This document shows positions 8,635 to 17,726 of a stretch of 32,000 bases of DNA, piece after piece. The notes under the pieces are model-generated. The model searched no databases. It was not told the origin of the DNA and saw nothing but the letters and a program-made list of their open reading frames with translations. The translations under genes and the position numbers were made by a program. Numbering within the stretch: the stretch's first letter is position 1; every line of letters starts with the position of its first letter. This DNA comes from Halorhodospira halophila SL1 (GTDB taxonomy: Bacteria; Pseudomonadota; Gammaproteobacteria; Nitrococcales; Halorhodospiraceae). The DNA is taken from the NCBI RefSeq assembly GCF_000015585.1, contig NC_008789.1, positions 510,001-542,000 of the forward strand. The letters run 5' to 3'.

Positions 8635-9307
8635 GGCGCAGCGGCGGCGGCGCCGTGGTAAAGACCTGAGTGACCGAATCCTCGACGCGGTGGCGGAAGC
8701 GCTCGACAATGCGCTCAAGCCAGGTGAGCGCGGCCACCGCGGGGATCGCCAGGGCCAGTCCGGCGGCCGTGGTCAACAGCGCCTCCCAGATGCCGCCGGA
8801 GAGCATGGACGGGTCCACCTGACTGCCGGCTGCCTCGAGCTGGCGGAACGCCTCGATCATGCCGAGGACCGTACCGAGGAGGCCGAGCAGCGGGCTGAGC
8901 ACCCCGATGGCCTCGAGGCCGCGTAGGTAGGCGCGTAGCTGTTCCAGCCGCCCGCTGGCCAGCCGGGTCACCTCTTCCCGGACCCGATCCTGGTCGTCGG
9001 GCGACTCCAGACGTCCACGCATGGCCACCGCCAGCGGCTCGGCACCCAGGTGCTTGCTGGCCTCCAGCCGCTGCAGCGCCTCCTGGGCCTGCCCGGCCCG
9101 CCAGGCGGCCAGGGCGTCGTTGAGAGTGCGCCGGTCGTAGAGACGCGCTGCTGCAAACTGCCAGAGCTTGATCAGGATCAGGGCCAGGGTGAACACCGAG
9201 AGAATGGCCAGCAGCGTCAGGACGGGCCCGCCGTCGTCGAGCAGGGTCATCAGCCGCTCGACCACGCTACCGTCGGCAAAAGGGCCAGCTGTATCGGTCT
9301 CACTCAT
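8624..9307 (-). CDS. exbB: MotA/TolQ/ExbB proton channel protein ExbB
   Basis: 227 aa with three TM segments and the conserved C-terminal MotA/ExbB region (GLLGTVLGMIEAF...GGIWEALLTTAAGLALAIPA). Confidence 0.9.
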   Translation of the reverse strand: MSETDTAGPFADGSVVERLMTLLDDGGPVLTLLAILSVFTLALILIKLWQFAAARLYDRRTLNDALAAWRAGQAQEALQRLEASKHLGAEPLAVAMRGRLESPDDQDRVREEVTRLASGRLEQLRAYLRGLEAIGVLSPLLGLLGTVLGMIEAFRQLEAAGSQVDPSMLSGGIWEALLTTAAGLALAIPAVAALTWLERIVERFRHRVEDSVTQVFTTAPPPLRHAD

Positions 9308-9343
9308 GGGCGATCACTCGGGGGGTTGCGGTCGATGACCGTC

Positions 9344-9375
9344 ATAAAGTAATGCTATTGCGAATCGTTTTCAAT
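9344..9375 (-). promoter_or_regulatory. AT-rich island upstream of exbB with a Fur-box-like sequence (candidate)
   Basis: This is the only AT-rich stretch near the exbB start. The minus-strand sequence GAAAACGATTCGCAATAGC (9354..9372) matches about 12 of 19 positions of the GATAATGATAATCATTATC consensus by eye. Confidence 0.3.
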
Positions 9376-9379
9376 GGCG

Positions 9380-9403
9380 AAAAAGGCGACCCGGGCGGCC
9401 GCC
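9380..9403 (-). terminator. Candidate rho-independent terminator after the 9419..9916 gene
   Basis: The minus-strand transcript reads GGCGGCCGCCCGGGTCGCC followed by TTTTT. It is a short GC-rich hairpin with a U-run, 15 nt after the stop codon. Confidence 0.45.
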
Positions 9404-9418
9404 TCGGCAGGCCACCGT

Positions 9419-9916
9419 CTATTTATATTCGGAGGCGTAGGCCAGCAGCTCCCAGGTCAGCTCGCCGGACTCGCTGAGCTCGTAGGCCAGCAGCGCCGAT
9501 CCACCGCCGGTCTCGGTGTCGATGGTGGCCCAGACCCAGCGGTCGGAGAGCACCGCGCTCCGCTCCGCATCGACCTCCAGCGGCTCCTTCAGGCGGGCTG
9601 CCTGATCGGCCAGCCACTCCCGGCGCTGCTTCAGATCCTCGATCAGATAGCGCTCGGGATCGGCGTCGATACCGGCCACCTCGAACCGCCGCACCGCCTC
9701 GGTACTCAGGCCGAACTGGGTGAGCAACGCCTCACGGTCGTCGTGGGCCGCGATCTCGGCCTCCAGTTCCTCGGCCCGCTCCTGGGCGTCGAAGGCCACA
9801 TAGCTCAGCCAGCCAGTGATCGCCAGGAGCATCACCACCGCAGCGCGCCAGACCAGGCGCTCACGGATTTGCTGCGGATCCCGGGAGTTGCTCGCCGGAC
9901 TGCGCTTGTCGTTCAC
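9419..9916 (-). CDS. Hypothetical membrane-anchored protein (single N-terminal TM, acidic helical region)
   Basis: 165 aa with high GC3. GTG start at 9916 is preceded by GGAGGA and overlaps the upstream stop (GTGA). I recognise no family. Confidence 0.6.
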   Translation of the reverse strand: MNDKRSPASNSRDPQQIRERLVWRAAVVMLLAITGWLSYVAFDAQERAEELEAEIAAHDDREALLTQFGLSTEAVRRFEVAGIDADPERYLIEDLKQRREWLADQAARLKEPLEVDAERSAVLSDRWVWATIDTETGGGSALLAYELSESGELTWELLAYASEYK

Positions 9917-10500
9917 GTCTCATCCTCCAGCAATCGAAGCAGATCCTTCTGGGTCGCCACCTGACGCACCCCCCGGGAGAGCACCTGGTTGACCAGCTCC
10001 TCGTTCTTGGCCTCACTCGGCCCGAACAGCGCGCGGGTCTCGGTACGGACTCGAGCTTCGGAGCTGTAGCGCTCACCGTCGATGTGGCCGCTGACCACCC
10101 ACTCGCTGCTCAGGCTCGCCCGGCGATTGAGAAACCCGCCGGCGCGCTGATAGTGGAAGGTGAAGATCTCCACCTCCAGACGCCGCTCGGCCTCGCCGTC
10201 CCACTCGGTCACGGCGATCCCCTGGCGCTCGAAGGCCTCCGCCAGGCCGTCGCCGACGGCCTCGGACAGATCGCGGTCACCGGAGAGGGTCACACCACCG
10301 CCCTCGTCCCGGTAACCGAAGATCTCCCGCGGACGCCGATCGACCACCCGCAGCGCCAGTTCGCCGGGCTCCGCCCGCTCCCGCTCCTCGATCTGCTCGG
10401 TATCGGGTGCCAGTTTCACCGTCTGCGTGCCGGGGGCGCACCCGCTCAGGCCCAAGGTGGCAATCCCACCCAGCATCAGCACGACTGCTCCTGCTCTCAT
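9913..10500 (-). CDS. Lipoprotein, YajG-like
   Basis: 195 aa with signal peptide and lipobox LSGC. Length and overall pattern resemble E. coli YajG. This is recognition by eye only. Confidence 0.6.
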   Translation of the reverse strand: MRAGAVVLMLGGIATLGLSGCAPGTQTVKLAPDTEQIEERERAEPGELALRVVDRRPREIFGYRDEGGGVTLSGDRDLSEAVGDGLAEAFERQGIAVTEWDGEAERRLEVEIFTFHYQRAGGFLNRRASLSSEWVVSGHIDGERYSSEARVRTETRALFGPSEAKNEELVNQVLSRGVRQVATQKDLLRLLEDET

Positions 10501-10545
10501 CGTTTTTCGCCTCGATCGCTACCGCCGGCGAACGCCAGCGTCGCG

Positions 10546-11514
10546 TTATCCTACCTGATCGCCCGTGCTTCCTTGGATCAGATCCTGGATGGAGGGCAAC
10601 ATCCGCTCGACCATCGCCTCGCCGATGCCGATCGCCTCTTCGGCACGGTGGAACTCCAGCAGCCCGATGTGGGCCAGGCGCGGCGCGAGCATCAGCTCGG
10701 GGGGATCGCCAGCCATCCGACTGCGGGTGATGCGGTCCTGCATGATGTTCAGCGATCCGGCCAGCACCTCAAAGACGCCCGGCGCCTCGCTGCGCTCGGC
10801 GTCCCGCGCCCCGGTCCAATCGCCCCAGAGCCCGACCAGCGTCTTGGCGTGGCTACGCACGCCGGCGGGCAGCTGTTGCAGCCAGCGCTCCGGGTCGACC
10901 CCGGTACCGGCGTGATGGGCGCTCTCTCGCAGGTGGCGCCCCACCAGATCGCCATTGAGATTCACCGCGATGACCACGTCGGCGTCGAGGGCGCGGCAGA
11001 CGCTCACCGGCACCGGGTTGACCAGTCCGCCGTCGACCAGCCAGTCACCCCCCCGGCGCACCGGGCTGAACACCCCGGGCAGCGCGCTCGAGGCGCGCAC
11101 GGCGTCCGCCAGATCACCCTCGCGCAACCACACCTCGGTGCCCCGACCGAGCGTGGTGGCCACAGCGGCGTAGGGCATGGCCAGCCCTTCGATAGCCGCT
11201 CCGGAGAGGTGCTCCTGGTAGAAGTCGTAGAGCCGGCGCCCCTCGATCAGCCCACCGGTGGAGCGCAGGCTCGGGTCGAGCATGCCCAACACGTCGCGAC
11301 GGGTCAGCTTACGCACCCACGGCTCGAGCACATCGATCTTGCCGGCGGCGTAGAAAGCCCCCACCAGGGCCCCGATGGAGGTCCCCACCACCACTTGCGG
11401 GCGCACTCCGGCCCGCTCCAGGGCGCGGATGATACCGATATGGGCCCAACCCCGCGCCGAGCCGCTGCCCAGCGCCAGGGCCACCCGCGGTTTCGCCTTC
11501 TGCTCATTCACCAT
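10546..11514 (-). CDS. rssA: Patatin-like phospholipase (RssA-type)
   Basis: 322 aa with oxyanion GSGSARG, nucleophile elbow GTSIG and catalytic Asp in VDGGL. Confidence 0.9.
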   Translation of the reverse strand: MVNEQKAKPRVALALGSGSARGWAHIGIIRALERAGVRPQVVVGTSIGALVGAFYAAGKIDVLEPWVRKLTRRDVLGMLDPSLRSTGGLIEGRRLYDFYQEHLSGAAIEGLAMPYAAVATTLGRGTEVWLREGDLADAVRASSALPGVFSPVRRGGDWLVDGGLVNPVPVSVCRALDADVVIAVNLNGDLVGRHLRESAHHAGTGVDPERWLQQLPAGVRSHAKTLVGLWGDWTGARDAERSEAPGVFEVLAGSLNIMQDRITRSRMAGDPPELMLAPRLAHIGLLEFHRAEEAIGIGEAMVERMLPSIQDLIQGSTGDQVG

Positions 11515-11689
11515 GCCGTTCTTCGCTAACGCTCCCTTGCCAACTCACGCAGCATGGCGGGGCTCGGCGGCGCATTCCACAGCTGCAGCGGCGGGAAGCG
11601 CAAGCCGGGCCATTCGACCCCGGAACGCCGCGGCCCACGGCTGCAGGGCTGGCGGCGGACCGCCCGGAGCCATACCCCCGGCGAACTCC

Positions 11690-12394
11690 TCAGCCGCACT
11701 TCGACTCCCCGCAATTGAGGCACGTCAGGCAGCCTTCCATCTGCACCATCGCCTTGGTGTGACACTTGTTGCAGAGCTGCGATCCCTCCGGGAAGGCGCC
11801 GGGCTCACCATCCCCGGTGTTGGCTGCCGGTCCGCCACCCTCGACCTCGGCGCGCTTTTGCTCGATGAAACGCTTCTGGTGCTCATCGAGCCCCTCCGGC
11901 TCCATCATGCCGATCTCGCGCAGGTGGGTCTCGATGACATCGCCGATCTCCGCCACCAGCGAGGGCATGAAGCGGCCCCCGCGCTTGAAGTAGCCACCCC
12001 GCGGATCAAAGACGGAGCGCAGCTCCTCGGCGAGGAAGGTGCAGTCGCCCCCCTTGCGGAAGACCGCCGAGATAATGCGCGTCAGGGCCACGATCCACTG
12101 GAAGTGGTCCATGTTCTTCGAGTTGATGAAGATCTCGAAGGGGCGGCGGATCTCGTGCTCGGTCCCCGGGTTGAGGATGACGTCGTTGATGGTGACGTAC
12201 AGGGCGTGCTCCGAGAGCGGCGTCTTGATCTTGTAGGTCGAGCCGTGGAGCGCCTCGGGGCGCTCGATGTGCTCGTGCATATGCTGGATGTCGGACTCCG
12301 GCTGGCCCGCCGCATCCTGGCTCGGCTCCGGCGCTTCGGCCTCGTTGCGGACCACCTCGTAGTCGACGATGCTCTTCTCGATCTTCTTGGCCAT
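11690..12394 (-). CDS. nrdJb: Class II ribonucleotide reductase, C-terminal subunit NrdJb (TSCPD-type domain plus Cys-rich tail)
   Basis: Start taken at ATG 12394 (MAKKIEKS...), preceded by GGGGGAG. Conserved block FEIFINSKNMDHFQWIVALTRIISAVFRKGG. C-terminal CNKC...CLTCLNCGESKCG. Lies directly downstream of nrdJa, as in Pseudomonas aeruginosa. Confidence 0.85.
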   Translation of the reverse strand: MAKKIEKSIVDYEVVRNEAEAPEPSQDAAGQPESDIQHMHEHIERPEALHGSTYKIKTPLSEHALYVTINDVILNPGTEHEIRRPFEIFINSKNMDHFQWIVALTRIISAVFRKGGDCTFLAEELRSVFDPRGGYFKRGGRFMPSLVAEIGDVIETHLREIGMMEPEGLDEHQKRFIEQKRAEVEGGGPAANTGDGEPGAFPEGSQLCNKCHTKAMVQMEGCLTCLNCGESKCG

Positions 12395-12498
12395 GTACTC
12401 GCTCCCCCCGGTGGGGTTCCGATTCGGGTTCAGGGAATGGGGCAATCCTTGGGTGACCGCGGTTCACTCCGCGCCCACGGACGCGGAGCGCCGACGGG

Positions 12499-14664
12499 TC
12501 AGAACTTACCGTAATACCCCTCCTTCAGCGCCTCGTAGAGGTTGGCAGCGCTGTGGGTCTCGCCGTCGTACTCGATCTCCTCATCCCCCTGCGCCTCAAG
12601 GACCGTGCCGTCCTCCAGATGGAAGCGGTAGGTGGTCTCGGAGAGATCCTTCTCCTTGACCAGCACGCCCTGGAAGACCTCCGGGTTGAAGCGGAAGGTG
12701 GTGCACCCCTTCAGGCCCTGCTGATAGGCGTAGCGGTAGATGTCCTTGAAGTCCTCGTAGGGGTAGTCCGTCGGCACGTTGGCCGTCTTGGAGATGGACG
12801 AGTCCACCCACTTCTGCGCCGCCGCCTGGATATCCACGTGCTGCTTCGGGGTCACCTGATCGGCGCTGATGAAGTAATCCGGCAGCTTGCCCTGCCCCTC
12901 TTCACCGCCTTCCGGCAGGGCGTCACCGTCGATGAAGTGGCGGTACGCCAGCAGCTCGAAGGAGAAGACGTCCACCGGCTCCTTGGTCTTGCGCCCTTCG
13001 CGGATGACGTTGCGCACGTAGTGGTGGGCGAACGACGGCTCGATGCCATTACTGGCGTTGTTGGCCAGCGACAGCGAGATCGTGCCCGTGGGCGCGATGG
13101 AACTGTGGTGGGTAAAGCGCGCCCCGATCTGGGCGAGCTCGTCCACCAGTTCCGGCTCTTCGTCGGCGATGCGCTGCATGTAGCGCGAGTACCGGCCCCA
13201 CAGCACGCGGCCCGGGATCTGCTCGCCGACCTCGTAGCCGTCCTCGCGCAACTCGGGTCGCTTGCGCATCAGCTCCGGGGTGATCTCGTAGATCTCCTCC
13301 ATGATCGGCGCCGGCCCTTTCTCCTTGGCCAGCTCGAGCCCGGTGCGCCAGCCGGTCAGCGCCATCTGCTTGGCCACCTCTTCGGTGAAGGCCACCGAGG
13401 CGGCATCGCCGTACTTCATGCGCAGCATGGTCACGGTGGAGCCCAGCCCCAGAAAGCCCATGCCGTGGCGGCGCTTGCGCTGGATCTCGGCGCGCTGCTG
13501 CTCCAGGGGCAGACCGTTGATCTCGACGGTGTTGTCGAGCATCCGCGTAAACACCGCCACCGCCTCGCGGAACTCCTCCCAATCGAAGCGCGCCTGCGGC
13601 GTGAACGGGTCGCGGACAAACATGGTCAGGTTGATCGACCCGAGCAGGCAGGCGCCGTAGGGGGGAAGACCTTGCTCACCACACGGGTTTGTGGCCCGAA
13701 TCTCCTCGCAGAACCAGTTGTTGTTCAGTTCGTTGTACTGATCGATCAGGATGAACCCGGGCTCCGCGTAGTCGTACGTGGAGGTCATGATCAGGTTCCA
13801 CAGGTGGCGCGCCTTCACCCGACGGTAGATGCGGCAGGCGACCCGGCCCTCGCCGTCGGTCACATACCCCTCGCGGGTCGGCCACTCGCGCCAGAGCACC
13901 TGCTCCGGATCCTGTAGGTCGATCCCCTCGGCGGCGACCTCGTCGTCGGTCAGCGGAAAGGCCAGCGGCCACTCTTCGTCGGCCTCCATGGCCTGCATGA
14001 AGGCGTCGGTGATCAGCAGCGACAGGTTGAACTGGCGCAGCCGACCGTCCTCGCGCTTGGCGCGGATGAAGTCGGTCACGTCCGGGTGGCCGACATCGAA
14101 GGTGGCCATCTGCGCGCCGCGCCGCCCGCCGGCGGAGGAGACGGTGAAGCACATCTTGTCGTAGATGTCCATGAACGACAGCGGCCCGGAGGTGTACGCC
14201 CCGGCGCCGGAGACGTACGCCCCGCGCGGGCGAAGGGTGCTGAACTCGTAGCCGATGCCGGCACCGCTCTTGAGGGTCAGACCGGCCTCGTGGACGCGCT
14301 TGAGGATGCCGTCCATGGAGTCGTGGATGGTCCCGGAGACGGTGCAGTTGATCGTCGAGGTGGCCGGCTTGTGGTCCCAGGCCCCGGCGTTGGAGATGAT
14401 CCGCCCCGCCGGCACGGCACCGTGACGCAGCGCCCAGAGGAAGCGCTCGAACCAGTGCTCCTGCTTGGCCTCAGTCTCCTCGACCTCGGCCAGCGCCCGG
14501 GCAACGCGCTGATAGGTCTCATCGATGCTGCTGTCGACCGCCTCCTCGGTCTTGGTCTTGAGCCGGTACTTCTTGTCCCAAATGTCGAGGGAGGCGCTCT
14601 GGATCGGCACATCGCCGGCCGACTGGCGCATCGCCTGGACCTTGCTCTCGGCGCGCTTGGTCAT
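12499..14664 (-). CDS. nrdJa: Class II (adenosylcobalamin-dependent) ribonucleotide reductase, large N-terminal subunit NrdJa
   Basis: Start taken at ATG 14664 (MTKRAESK...), preceded by AGGGAGA. About 721 aa. RNR active-site block TNPCGEQ and a class II-type sequence throughout. Confidence 0.9.
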   Translation of the reverse strand: MTKRAESKVQAMRQSAGDVPIQSASLDIWDKKYRLKTKTEEAVDSSIDETYQRVARALAEVEETEAKQEHWFERFLWALRHGAVPAGRIISNAGAWDHKPATSTINCTVSGTIHDSMDGILKRVHEAGLTLKSGAGIGYEFSTLRPRGAYVSGAGAYTSGPLSFMDIYDKMCFTVSSAGGRRGAQMATFDVGHPDVTDFIRAKREDGRLRQFNLSLLITDAFMQAMEADEEWPLAFPLTDDEVAAEGIDLQDPEQVLWREWPTREGYVTDGEGRVACRIYRRVKARHLWNLIMTSTYDYAEPGFILIDQYNELNNNWFCEEIRATNPCGEQGLPPYGACLLGSINLTMFVRDPFTPQARFDWEEFREAVAVFTRMLDNTVEINGLPLEQQRAEIQRKRRHGMGFLGLGSTVTMLRMKYGDAASVAFTEEVAKQMALTGWRTGLELAKEKGPAPIMEEIYEITPELMRKRPELREDGYEVGEQIPGRVLWGRYSRYMQRIADEEPELVDELAQIGARFTHHSSIAPTGTISLSLANNASNGIEPSFAHHYVRNVIREGRKTKEPVDVFSFELLAYRHFIDGDALPEGGEEGQGKLPDYFISADQVTPKQHVDIQAAAQKWVDSSISKTANVPTDYPYEDFKDIYRYAYQQGLKGCTTFRFNPEVFQGVLVKEKDLSETTYRFHLEDGTVLEAQGDEEIEYDGETHSAANLYEALKEGYYGKF

Positions 14665-14701
14665 GGATCGTCTCCCTTGGCCTGCCTGTGTTGCGTGAAT
14701 C

Positions 14702-14764
14702 GCGAGCATAAAGCAGCCCGTGGGCCGGCGCGGCGCGCGCTGGCCCGGTTTTCAGGATGCTCGC
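14702..14764 (-). promoter_or_regulatory. Structured 5' leader of nrdJa (nested hairpin)
   Basis: An outer perfect 8-bp pairing, GCGAGCAT (14702..14709) with ATGCTCGC (14757..14764), encloses a 25-nt GC hairpin (14722..14746; 10 bp plus one mismatch, 3-nt loop). It ends about 37 nt upstream of the start codon. Confidence 0.4.
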
Positions 14765-14769
14765 GGGAA

Positions 14770-14817
14770 ACACCATATGTAGTAGTTACCGGGTCAGCTT
14801 ACCCCAACCGGTTGTGA
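14770..14817 (-). promoter_or_regulatory. Candidate tandem NrdR boxes / nrdJ promoter region
   Basis: ACACCATATGTAGTAG (14770..14785) matches about 12 of 16 positions of the NrdR-box palindrome acaCwAtATaTwGtgt. A second, weaker palindrome is centred on CAACCGGTTG (14805..14814), exactly 32 bp away, which is the typical NrdR box spacing. A TTGAAA (-35-like) sequence lies on the minus strand at 14818..14823. Confidence 0.35.
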
Positions 14818-14962
14818 TTTCAAGTCTTGACAGGCAAGGGGAGCAACGCTACTTCAAGGCAGTGGGGCGGTCCGACCGCCCGGCGGCCGGGCGGCGCAGC
14901 GCCAACCACGCGGCACCCGGCGCTGCCCGAACCCGGACCGCCGGGCACCGCACTTGCGCCAG

Positions 14963-17680
14963 TCAATCCTCCGGCGAGATCCGTCGCCGCAGGACCGCCT
15001 TCTCCAGCTCGACGACGCCGAACAGCAGGACACCGAAGACCAGCACCCGCAGCCACTCCTCGGGACCCAGTCCGGCGGTGCCGAACAGCGCCTGCACCGG
15101 CGGGGCGTAGGTGAACAGCCCCTGGAGAACGATGAGCACGCCGATGGCGATCAACACCGCCCGGCTGCCGAGCAGGCCGGCGACACTGGTCACCGGTTCC
15201 AGGATGTAGCGGGCGTTGAACAGGTAGAAGACCTGACCCATAACCAGGGTATTGATGGCCACCGAGCGGGCCAACTCGTCAGAGACCCCCTGCGCCTCCA
15301 TGTAGACGTAGTGGCCAAAGGTGCCCATGACCAACAGCACCGAGACGAACAGGACCCGCCAGATCAGGAACCCGGAGAGGATCGGCTTGGCCGGATCCCG
15401 CGGTCGGCGCTCCATCAGCCCCGGCTCCGGCGGCTCGAAGGCCAGCGCCAGGGCCAGGGTCACGGCGGTGACCATGTTGATCCACAGCGCCTGGACCGGC
15501 GTCACCGGGAGAGTCAGCCCAAACATGATGGCGATGACGATGGTGAACGCCTGCCCGCCGTTGGTGGGCAGCAGGTAGAGGATCGCCTTCTTGAGGTTGT
15601 CGTAGACCGTGCGCCCCTCCTCCACCGCGTAGGCGATGGAGGCGAAGTTGTCGTCGGCGAGGACCATCTCCGAGGCCTCCTTGGCCGCCTCGGTGCCCTT
15701 GTTGCCCATGGCGATGCCGACATCGGCGCGCTTGAGCGCCGGGGCATCGTTGACCCCGTCCCCGGTCATGGCCACCACCTGGCCGTGCCCCTGCAGCGCC
15801 TGGACCAGGCGCAGCTTGTGGATGGGCGTGGTGCGGGCGAAGACGTCGGTCTCCAGGCAGCGGCGACCGAGCTCCTCGTCGTCCATGGCCTCGATCTCGT
15901 GACCGACCAGCGGCTTGCCGCGGATACCCAGTTGCTCACCGATGGCGCCGGCGGTCAGGGCGTGGTCGCCGGTGATCATCTTCACGCCGATGCCGGCCCG
16001 GTGGCACTCGGCCACGGCCTCGATCGCCTCCTCCCGCGGCGGATCGATGATCCCCATGACCCCGAGGAACACCATACCCTCCTCGACATCGGAGAAGAGC
16101 AGCTCGCGGTGATCGGGGTCGGTCTCCTTGACCGCCACCGCCAGCAGCCGCTGCCCCCGGGAGGCGATGCCGTCGAGCACCTCCTGCCAATGATCGCGGT
16201 CCAGGGGGCGATCGCCGTCGGCGGTCCGCTCCCGGGTACAGGCAGCCAGCACCCGCTCCGGGGCACCCTTCATGATCAGCAGCCCGCCGTCCTCGCGCTC
16301 GCGGTGGAGGGTCACCATGAACTTGTAGGACGACTCGAACGGGATCACATCGACCCGCGGGAAGGAGCGATCGAGCTCGCGGCGCTCAAAGCCGCCCTTG
16401 ACCGCCGCCACCATCAGCGCACCCTCGGTGGGATCCCCCTCCAGGCGCCAATTGCCGTCGCGATGGTAGAGCGCAGCCTCGTTGCACAGCGCCACGCCAC
16501 GCAGCATCTGCGCCAGCACCGGCTCCTCGCCGGCGCTGACCGTTTCGCCCCCGTTGCGGTGGAACGCCCCATCGGGGACGTAGCCCACGCCGCTGACCTC
16601 GTAGGCCTGCTCGGCGGTCACCACACTGCGCACGGTCATCTCGTTGCGCGTCAGCGTCCCGGTCTTGTCCGAGCAGATGGTGGTCACCGAACCGAGAGTC
16701 TCTACCGCCGGCAGGCGCCGGATGATGGCGTTGCGCCCGGCCATGCGCTGCACACCGATGGCCAGGGTGATGGTCATGATCGCCGGCAGGCCTTCGGGGA
16801 TGGCGGCAACGGCCAGGGCCACGGCGGCGAGGAAGGTCTCGATGGCGGTATACGCCTGCAGATAGTAGCCGATCAGGAAGGTCGCCGCGGCGAGCAGGAC
16901 GATGGCCACCGACAGCCAGCGCCCGAACTCGGCCACCTGGCGCAGCAGCGGTGTAGTGATCGACTCGACCCCGGCAATCAGGCTGCTGACCTTGCCGATC
17001 TCAGTGGCCTCGCCGGTGCCCACCACCACGCCCTGGCCGCGGCCGTAGGCAACCAGGGTTCCGGAGAAGGCCAGCGACTTGCGATCGCCGAGCTCGGCAT
17101 CGACGGCCACCGGTTCGTCGGCCTTCTCCACCGGCACCGACTCCCCGGTCAGCGCAGCCTCGTCGAGGCGCAGGTTGCGCGCCTCGAGGATGCGCACATC
17201 GGCGGGTACTCGGTCCCCAGCCTCGAGCAGGACGATATCGCCGGGCACCAGATGCTCGGCGTTGACGGTCATGCGCTCGCCATCCCGCAGGACCACCGCC
17301 CGTGGCGAAAGCATGCCACGGATCGCGTCCAGGGCCTTCTCGGCCTTGCCCTCCTGGACATGACCGATGATGGCGTTGATCAGCACCACGCCGAAGATGA
17401 CCGCGCTGTCCAGGGTGTGACCGAGCAGCGCGGTGACCACGCCGGCAACGATGAGGATGTAGATGAGGACGTTGTGGAACTGCTTGAGGAAGCGCTTGAT
17501 CGGACCCTCGCGCTCCGGCGGGCGGAGCCGATTGGGGCCGTAATGCTCGAGCCGCTGCTCGGCCTGCTCGCTGCTCAGCCCGCTGCCCGGCTGCGCCTCA
17601 AGGCGGCTAACCACCTCCTCGGAGTGTATCGCGTGCCAGTCCGCTTGCCGCTGCTCAGCCTGCCCTGCACCCTCGCGCAT
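14963..17680 (-). CDS. Cation-transporting P-type ATPase (type II, Ca2+/Mg2+-ATPase-like)
   Basis: Start taken at ATG 17680 (MREGAGQ...), preceded by GGGAGGTGG. About 905 aa. Cation_ATPase_N-like N-terminus, phosphorylation site CSDKTGTLT, MITGD, and hinge GDGVNDAPALKRADVGIAMG. Confidence 0.9.
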   Translation of the reverse strand: MREGAGQAEQRQADWHAIHSEEVVSRLEAQPGSGLSSEQAEQRLEHYGPNRLRPPEREGPIKRFLKQFHNVLIYILIVAGVVTALLGHTLDSAVIFGVVLINAIIGHVQEGKAEKALDAIRGMLSPRAVVLRDGERMTVNAEHLVPGDIVLLEAGDRVPADVRILEARNLRLDEAALTGESVPVEKADEPVAVDAELGDRKSLAFSGTLVAYGRGQGVVVGTGEATEIGKVSSLIAGVESITTPLLRQVAEFGRWLSVAIVLLAAATFLIGYYLQAYTAIETFLAAVALAVAAIPEGLPAIMTITLAIGVQRMAGRNAIIRRLPAVETLGSVTTICSDKTGTLTRNEMTVRSVVTAEQAYEVSGVGYVPDGAFHRNGGETVSAGEEPVLAQMLRGVALCNEAALYHRDGNWRLEGDPTEGALMVAAVKGGFERRELDRSFPRVDVIPFESSYKFMVTLHREREDGGLLIMKGAPERVLAACTRERTADGDRPLDRDHWQEVLDGIASRGQRLLAVAVKETDPDHRELLFSDVEEGMVFLGVMGIIDPPREEAIEAVAECHRAGIGVKMITGDHALTAGAIGEQLGIRGKPLVGHEIEAMDDEELGRRCLETDVFARTTPIHKLRLVQALQGHGQVVAMTGDGVNDAPALKRADVGIAMGNKGTEAAKEASEMVLADDNFASIAYAVEEGRTVYDNLKKAILYLLPTNGGQAFTIVIAIMFGLTLPVTPVQALWINMVTAVTLALALAFEPPEPGLMERRPRDPAKPILSGFLIWRVLFVSVLLVMGTFGHYVYMEAQGVSDELARSVAINTLVMGQVFYLFNARYILEPVTSVAGLLGSRAVLIAIGVLIVLQGLFTYAPPVQALFGTAGLGPEEWLRVLVFGVLLFGVVELEKAVLRRRISPED

Positions 17681-17726
17681 ACCACCTCCCGCCTTGAGGT
17701 TATCCCAGAATGTTGCAGTGTAGCAT

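Noticed and set aside
14665-14962. Cobalamin riboswitch upstream of the B12-dependent nrdJ. A GCCCCACTGCC stretch resembles the conserved CCCGCCACTG core.
   Set aside because: There is no B12-box (AGYCMGGAGACCKGCC-like) and no AGGGAA/GGTG elements in the right order. The similar stretch also lies upstream of the likely promoter. B12 riboswitches usually control B12-independent isozymes, not nrdJ.
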